Positions 34,799 to 39,030 of a stretch of 39,030 nucleotides of DNA are shown here, piece by piece (the stretch's first letter is position 1; every line of letters starts with the position of its first letter). The position numbers and the translations under genes were made by a program. The stretch is from Spirochaetales bacterium (GTDB lineage: Bacteria > Spirochaetota > Spirochaetia > Sphaerochaetales > Sphaerochaetaceae): contig JAAYDK010000080.1 in assembly GCA_012729295.1 (NCBI GenBank), positions 1-39,030 of the forward strand. Reading direction: 5' to 3'. The notes below the pieces were generated by a model. The model had not been told where the DNA came from, made no database searches, and worked only from the letters and a program-made list of their open reading frames with translations.

Positions 34799-35845
34799 AT
34801 GAAGCATCTCTACGATTGTATCCTAGGTGAAAAGCGTACCGAAGTAATCCTCGCTACCGATGTAGCGTCCATAACAAGTCACATCGAGACCACGATACGC
34901 TCGGTGCTGTGGGTTTGCGATACCAATACCGTCAAATTCCTGGCGACAGACAGTCAAAAGACAGTCGTCCTTCCAAGTGGTGAAGAAGCCAAATCTTGGC
35001 AGAGCATAGAAAATATTGTTGCGGCAGCGGTAAAGCTTCGTTTGGCAAGAGATGGATTCATCGTCGCGTTCGGCGGAGGAGTCGTCTGCGATACGGCTGC
35101 ATTTGCAGCTTCGATCTATATGCGCGGCTGTCAGCTGATTCTGATTCCGACTACGTTGCTGAGCCAGGTGGACGCTTCCCTCGGAGGTAAGACGGCAATC
35201 GATGTCTTTACCATTAAAAACCTCGTAGGTACGTTTTATCCGGCAAAACACGTGTTCGTGTGTCCGACGATCGTAAAGAGTCTACCCGAGAAAGAATTTA
35301 AGAACGGTCTGGGAGAAACACTCAAGCACGCATTGCTCGCGCAAGACCAGAGCCTTATGGAATTTTTCGAAAACCAGCAAAGGGCAATCATGCGCCGTGA
35401 TGCCATGGTGCTCGAGCGCATGGTCATCGACAGCCTGCAGGTGAAACGCTTTTACATTGAAGCCGATCCTCGTGAAGAAATCGGTATTCGCTCTGCGCTG
35501 AATTTAGGACATACTTTTGCACATGCACTCGAATCGGCGGGAAATCTCAACGAATGGGCTCACGGCGAAGCTGTCGCCTGGGGTGTGGCAAAAGCACTCG
35601 AATCCGGCTTAAAACTAAAAATTACCGACCATGTGTTTGCAGAACGAGCCTTACGGCTATTCGAATCCTACGGTTTTAATATCGGTTACAGAGTCAGGCA
35701 TATCGAGCGTTTCATGCTTGCCCTCGAAGGTGATAAAAAACGCAAATCCGGAGCCGTACGATTTGTCATGCTGTCGAATCAGGGAAAAATCAGGCTCGAA
35801 ACGCTTGAAGATCAAATTATCAAATCGGTGATTTCCCGCACCTAG
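34799..35845 (+). CDS. aroB: 3-dehydroquinate synthase
   Basis: AFGGGVVCDTAAFAASIYMRGCQLILIPTTLLSQVDASLGGKTAID, NLGHTFAHALE and HGEAVAWG. Confidence 0.92.
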   Translation: MKHLYDCILGEKRTEVILATDVASITSHIETTIRSVLWVCDTNTVKFLATDSQKTVVLPSGEEAKSWQSIENIVAAAVKLRLARDGFIVAFGGGVVCDTAAFAASIYMRGCQLILIPTTLLSQVDASLGGKTAIDVFTIKNLVGTFYPAKHVFVCPTIVKSLPEKEFKNGLGETLKHALLAQDQSLMEFFENQQRAIMRRDAMVLERMVIDSLQVKRFYIEADPREEIGIRSALNLGHTFAHALESAGNLNEWAHGEAVAWGVAKALESGLKLKITDHVFAERALRLFESYGFNIGYRVRHIERFMLALEGDKKRKSGAVRFVMLSNQGKIRLETLEDQIIKSVISRT

Positions 35846-38373
35846 GATTCAAACAATTTTACGAGCCTCTCGTAAGCTTTCTTTGCTAGCCGAAGCTGTT
35901 GGGGATAACCGGTACCGTCGATGACATCGATCAGCTGTCCAAGCGCATACAGCGAATTATCGAGCGCTTCAAAAAAGTTTTTCTCAACGGTGAAACGAAA
36001 CATACCGCCTCCCGAGTTGCTCAAAGCGATAAATCCAATCGAACGTTTCGGTTTTTTAAGACGACAGAGTCCGAGCAACGAATCGAGCCGATCGACAATC
36101 GGCTTCGGTTCGGATGCGCTGAAAACTCCATCAGGCGGCTCGTTGACTATCGGACGATCGAAATCAACCTTGCCGTTTAATTCAAGCAAAGAAAAGAATT
36201 TTTCACCATAATGGATATAATTGCCGTAAAGTTCGACCGCAGCAGGAAAATTTTTAGGCCGGCGGGCACTCGTCATATTATACTTGTACAGATAATCCAA
36301 ATCTTCTGCAGGAATGATTGCAATCTCGCGTCGTCCTTTCTTTGCCGACTCCATCACATAACTGCGTTTATAAACGGAAATGGTTTTCCCTTCCGATTTT
36401 GCCAAGGGTCTTTTCACCGGCTCTTCGATCCGTACTCGTGAACGAATCTCACGATCCCTGCGAGTTTTCAGGCCTTCCTCAGAACTCTTCATACTCAGTA
36501 GCTGCTTGCGAAGGTCGCTTGAGATTCCGTCGAGCCATTCTCGTTTTAACGGAGATACCGATCGTGCATACATTCTGCTGGTCTGAACGATTTCCCCGGC
36601 AAGAATAAATTGAGGAAGTTCTCTGAACCATGCAGAGCCGGGATGAATATATATCTGGCCGGCGGTCAGGCTTTTATACATGTTTCGCTTTGCTTTTACG
36701 CAGACGAACTGCAGCAGTCCCGCAGCGAGGCAACTCAGATATTCGCGAATCGAACCTCCGTGGGAAAGTGGGAAGCCCAGCTCGGATACTATCTCGGCTA
36801 TCTGCTCGGAAACGTGCAGGATTTCCTGCATGGAAGGGTAGTCTAGATAATATTTTTTGCAAAATCGTTCGCGGTCTTCGGCTTTTTTCAATTCTCTGAA
36901 TTGTGCGTGAATATCGAGAAACGATTTGAAATCCCCGTATTCGGATGCAAACGACTGATGAGCCTTCCTTGCTTCGTCCTCCATCCCCGGGGGAAGGGTA
37001 AACGGTGTTTTGGACGAAAGGAACGCAACCGCCACGATGACTTCCTCGATTACGTTCGGATATCTATGCATTGCCTCTACGATTACCCGCGAATGGCGAG
37101 GCAGCAACGGGAAACGCACCATCAATGTGCCGATTTGAGTAAGATTGCGTTTCTTATCGATCGCACCGATGAATCGAAGGGTCTCCTCCGCACTTACTAT
37201 GGCAGAAGTTCTTGGTTTGGTGATGAACGGGAAATGCTCGTAATCTGAAATTCCGAGTTCGCTCATCCGAAGCACGACTTCAGACAGGTCGGTGCGCAAA
37301 ATTTCTTCGGTTCCATACATTGGCCGGCTTGCATAATCTTCCTTGTCATAGAGCCGGTAGCATATTCCCGGTGCGGTTCTTCCCGCTCGCCCGGCTCTTT
37401 GTTCGCATGATGAACGCGAGATGGGAAGGCTGACGAGCGAGGAAGTAAAATCTTTCTGATTATAATAGTTGATTTTTGCAATCCCCGAATCTATCACTGC
37501 CGTAATGCCATCGATTGTTACACTGGTTTCGGCGATGTTGGTCGCCACTACCACCTTTGTAAAGCCCTTGGGTGTCGGTTTGAATACCTTTTCCTGTTCT
37601 TCCTTAGACAATCTGCCGAAAAGCGGATTAATCACTAGTTTCCGATGCACCGTGCTTGCAGAGAGGTGCTGTATGCAGGTTTTGATATCGAATTCGCCTG
37701 GAAGAAACACCAGCATGTCGCCCTTTGTCAGTCGTACATGCTCCTCGACGATGGAGGTGATACTGGAAAACAATTCTTCACTTTCGGAAGGATTCCTGAG
37801 CGGCAGATAGTGGATATCTACCGGATGGACTCTCGCATCGATACTAACAATCGGTGCGTTATCAAAATACTGGGAGAAAGTCTGTGTGTTGATCGTAGCA
37901 GACGAAATGATGACTTTAAATTCAGGTCGTTGTGCTAATGCGTGCTTCAGCAGCCCGAGAATGAAATCGATGTTCAGACTTCGTTCGTGTGCCTCATCTA
38001 CCATCATCACCGAATAACGACTCAATAGCGGATCAGCCTTGAATTCCATCAGCAGGATTCCGTCGGTCATGACCTTGATTTTCGTAGATTTATCGGTCGT
38101 ATCGACAAATCTCATCTTGTAGCCGACATATGAATCGTGGTCATCGATCTGACGCTTGATGAAATCGGAAACGGATAGCGCGGCGATTCTTCTCGGTTGG
38201 GTGATGCCGACTGTCAGACCGCCGGTGTAGCCGGCTTCGTCCAAGATCAAAGGGATTTGCGTCGTTTTACCCGATCCGGTCGGACTTTCAACGACGATTA
38301 CTTGGTTGTCTGCTAAAGCAGCCAGTATTTCGCTCCGGTGCTGATACACCGGGAGATGAGTCATGGTTAACAC
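35842..38373 (-). CDS. DEAH-box ATP-dependent helicase, HrpA/HrpB family
   Basis: VVESPTGSGKTTQIP, MVDEAHERSLNIDF, SATI, ATNIAETSVTIDGI and QRAGRAGR. 843 aa. GTG start at 38373, with ATG at 38364 as an alternative. Confidence 0.9.
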   Translation of the reverse strand: MLTMTHLPVYQHRSEILAALADNQVIVVESPTGSGKTTQIPLILDEAGYTGGLTVGITQPRRIAALSVSDFIKRQIDDHDSYVGYKMRFVDTTDKSTKIKVMTDGILLMEFKADPLLSRYSVMMVDEAHERSLNIDFILGLLKHALAQRPEFKVIISSATINTQTFSQYFDNAPIVSIDARVHPVDIHYLPLRNPSESEELFSSITSIVEEHVRLTKGDMLVFLPGEFDIKTCIQHLSASTVHRKLVINPLFGRLSKEEQEKVFKPTPKGFTKVVVATNIAETSVTIDGITAVIDSGIAKINYYNQKDFTSSLVSLPISRSSCEQRAGRAGRTAPGICYRLYDKEDYASRPMYGTEEILRTDLSEVVLRMSELGISDYEHFPFITKPRTSAIVSAEETLRFIGAIDKKRNLTQIGTLMVRFPLLPRHSRVIVEAMHRYPNVIEEVIVAVAFLSSKTPFTLPPGMEDEARKAHQSFASEYGDFKSFLDIHAQFRELKKAEDRERFCKKYYLDYPSMQEILHVSEQIAEIVSELGFPLSHGGSIREYLSCLAAGLLQFVCVKAKRNMYKSLTAGQIYIHPGSAWFRELPQFILAGEIVQTSRMYARSVSPLKREWLDGISSDLRKQLLSMKSSEEGLKTRRDREIRSRVRIEEPVKRPLAKSEGKTISVYKRSYVMESAKKGRREIAIIPAEDLDYLYKYNMTSARRPKNFPAAVELYGNYIHYGEKFFSLLELNGKVDFDRPIVNEPPDGVFSASEPKPIVDRLDSLLGLCRLKKPKRSIGFIALSNSGGGMFRFTVEKNFFEALDNSLYALGQLIDVIDGTGYPQQLRLAKKAYERLVKLFES

Positions 38374-38376
38374 CGA

Positions 38377-39030
38377 TCATTTCCCCTGCATCAGACGCCG
38401 CGCAACCTCGGTTGCGTCGAGACCCGTCCAGTCTGTACGGCTTGATAACTCGCGCAGCGTGCAAGTAGTGCCGTTTTTATCCTCATCCTTAAACATGATT
38501 GCGTACCTGATGTTGTTTTCTTCGGCATATCTGAACTGAGCAGCGATTTTTTTATCTCCAAGATAGACGTCGCAGCGGATAGCATACTTTCTCAGCTCTC
38601 GTGCGAATCGAAGGGCGTCATTCAGCGGTGTCCCGTTCTGATTAAGTATCACAACATCTGCAGAACCTTTGTCGGCAAACAAAGATCCTTGTGTTTCCTC
38701 GATAGCACTGAGCAGTCGGTCAAGTCCGATCGAAGAACCGACTCCCGGCAGACGCTCTGTCGTATACAGCGAAGCCAAATCGTTATAACGTCCTCCGGAA
38801 CAAATCGATCCGATTTCCTCAAAATCGTCGAGAAATGTCTCGTAGACAATTCCGGTATAATAATCCAGGCCCCGGGTAATCGACGGATCGAGAACGAACG
38901 ACTCGGATATGCCCGATTCTTCAAGCAGCAAAGCTATTTCGTTCATACGCTTGGCATGAACAGATCCAAAGCCGGCAAGCTGGTCCAAATGTGCGATGGT
39001 CTCGGTCATCGAGCCGTTGTCGGATGCCGA
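38377..39030 (-). CDS. hisS: histidine--tRNA ligase, C-terminal part; the 5' end lies outside the window
   Basis: RGLDYYTGIVYETF, CSGGRYNDL, GVGSSIGLDRL and an anticodon-binding domain. The frame is open to the window edge. Confidence 0.93.
   Translation of the reverse strand, partial: SASDNGSMTETIAHLDQLAGFGSVHAKRMNEIALLLEESGISESFVLDPSITRGLDYYTGIVYETFLDDFEEIGSICSGGRYNDLASLYTTERLPGVGSSIGLDRLLSAIEETQGSLFADKGSADVVILNQNGTPLNDALRFARELRKYAIRCDVYLGDKKIAAQFRYAEENNIRYAIMFKDEDKNGTTCTLRELSSRTDWTGLDATEVARRLMQGK

Noticed and set aside
1-39030. A scan for defence islands, toxin-antitoxin pairs, retrons or reverse transcriptases, CRISPR-Cas, secretion systems, and RiPP, NRPS or PKS enzymes.
   Set aside because: Every long ORF has a confident housekeeping assignment or is a single uncharacterised gene embedded in a conserved operon. 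Nothing resembles nuclease, ATPase or reverse-transcriptase defence modules or biosynthetic enzymes.

Overview
This 39 kb window reads as conserved chromosomal core from a compact genome, probably a spirochete. The taxon call is an inference from several features: groES without an adjacent groEL, the rpmF-acpP-rnc order, a type-2 (eukaryote-like) IleS, pyruvate phosphate dikinase, a bacterial Pur-alpha (DUF3276) protein, DUF1566 lipoproteins and spirochete-style lipoboxes. I can support about 38 protein-coding genes, including two apparently frameshifted ones, plus 4 tRNA genes (Thr-CGT, Gln-CTG, Glu-CTC, Gly-TCC). I also mark several sigma-70-type promoters and stem-loop terminators. Recognisable blocks:
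- Partial sigma-54 activator, DinG helicase, groES, and an alternative sigma-70-family factor.
- ppdK.
- tsaD, tRNA-Gln and tRNA-Glu, an ABC-F ATPase, and coaX.
- Two tandem M29 aminopeptidase paralogs.
- rnhB divergent from smc-ffh-rpsP-KH-rimM-trmD-rplS.
- coaD, rpmF-acpP-rnc, cca and ileS.
- nifS/iscS-like gene with thiI, aroB, an HrpA-like helicase, and partial hisS.

I found no CRISPR array, transposase, integrase, phage gene or recognisable defence, toxin or biosynthetic cluster, and I cannot honestly point to a clearly novel multi-gene system. The only accessory-looking stretch is about 4.76-6.64 kb. It is AT-rich at its flanks and holds a small orphan ORF, a frameshifted DUF1566 lipoprotein gene and about 430 bp of unassigned DNA.

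The most interesting leads, all of modest strength:
- An M29 paralog pair in which the 5' copy has lost apparent metal-ligand residues.
- An SMC protein with no recognisable Gly-rich hinge.
- A possible sigma-54 activator to alternative sigma factor arrangement.
- A perfect 24-nt tandem duplication spanning the tsaD stop codon.
- Two frameshifts that can each be placed at a short homopolymer.
- Several small or uncharacterised ORFs translationally coupled to housekeeping genes.
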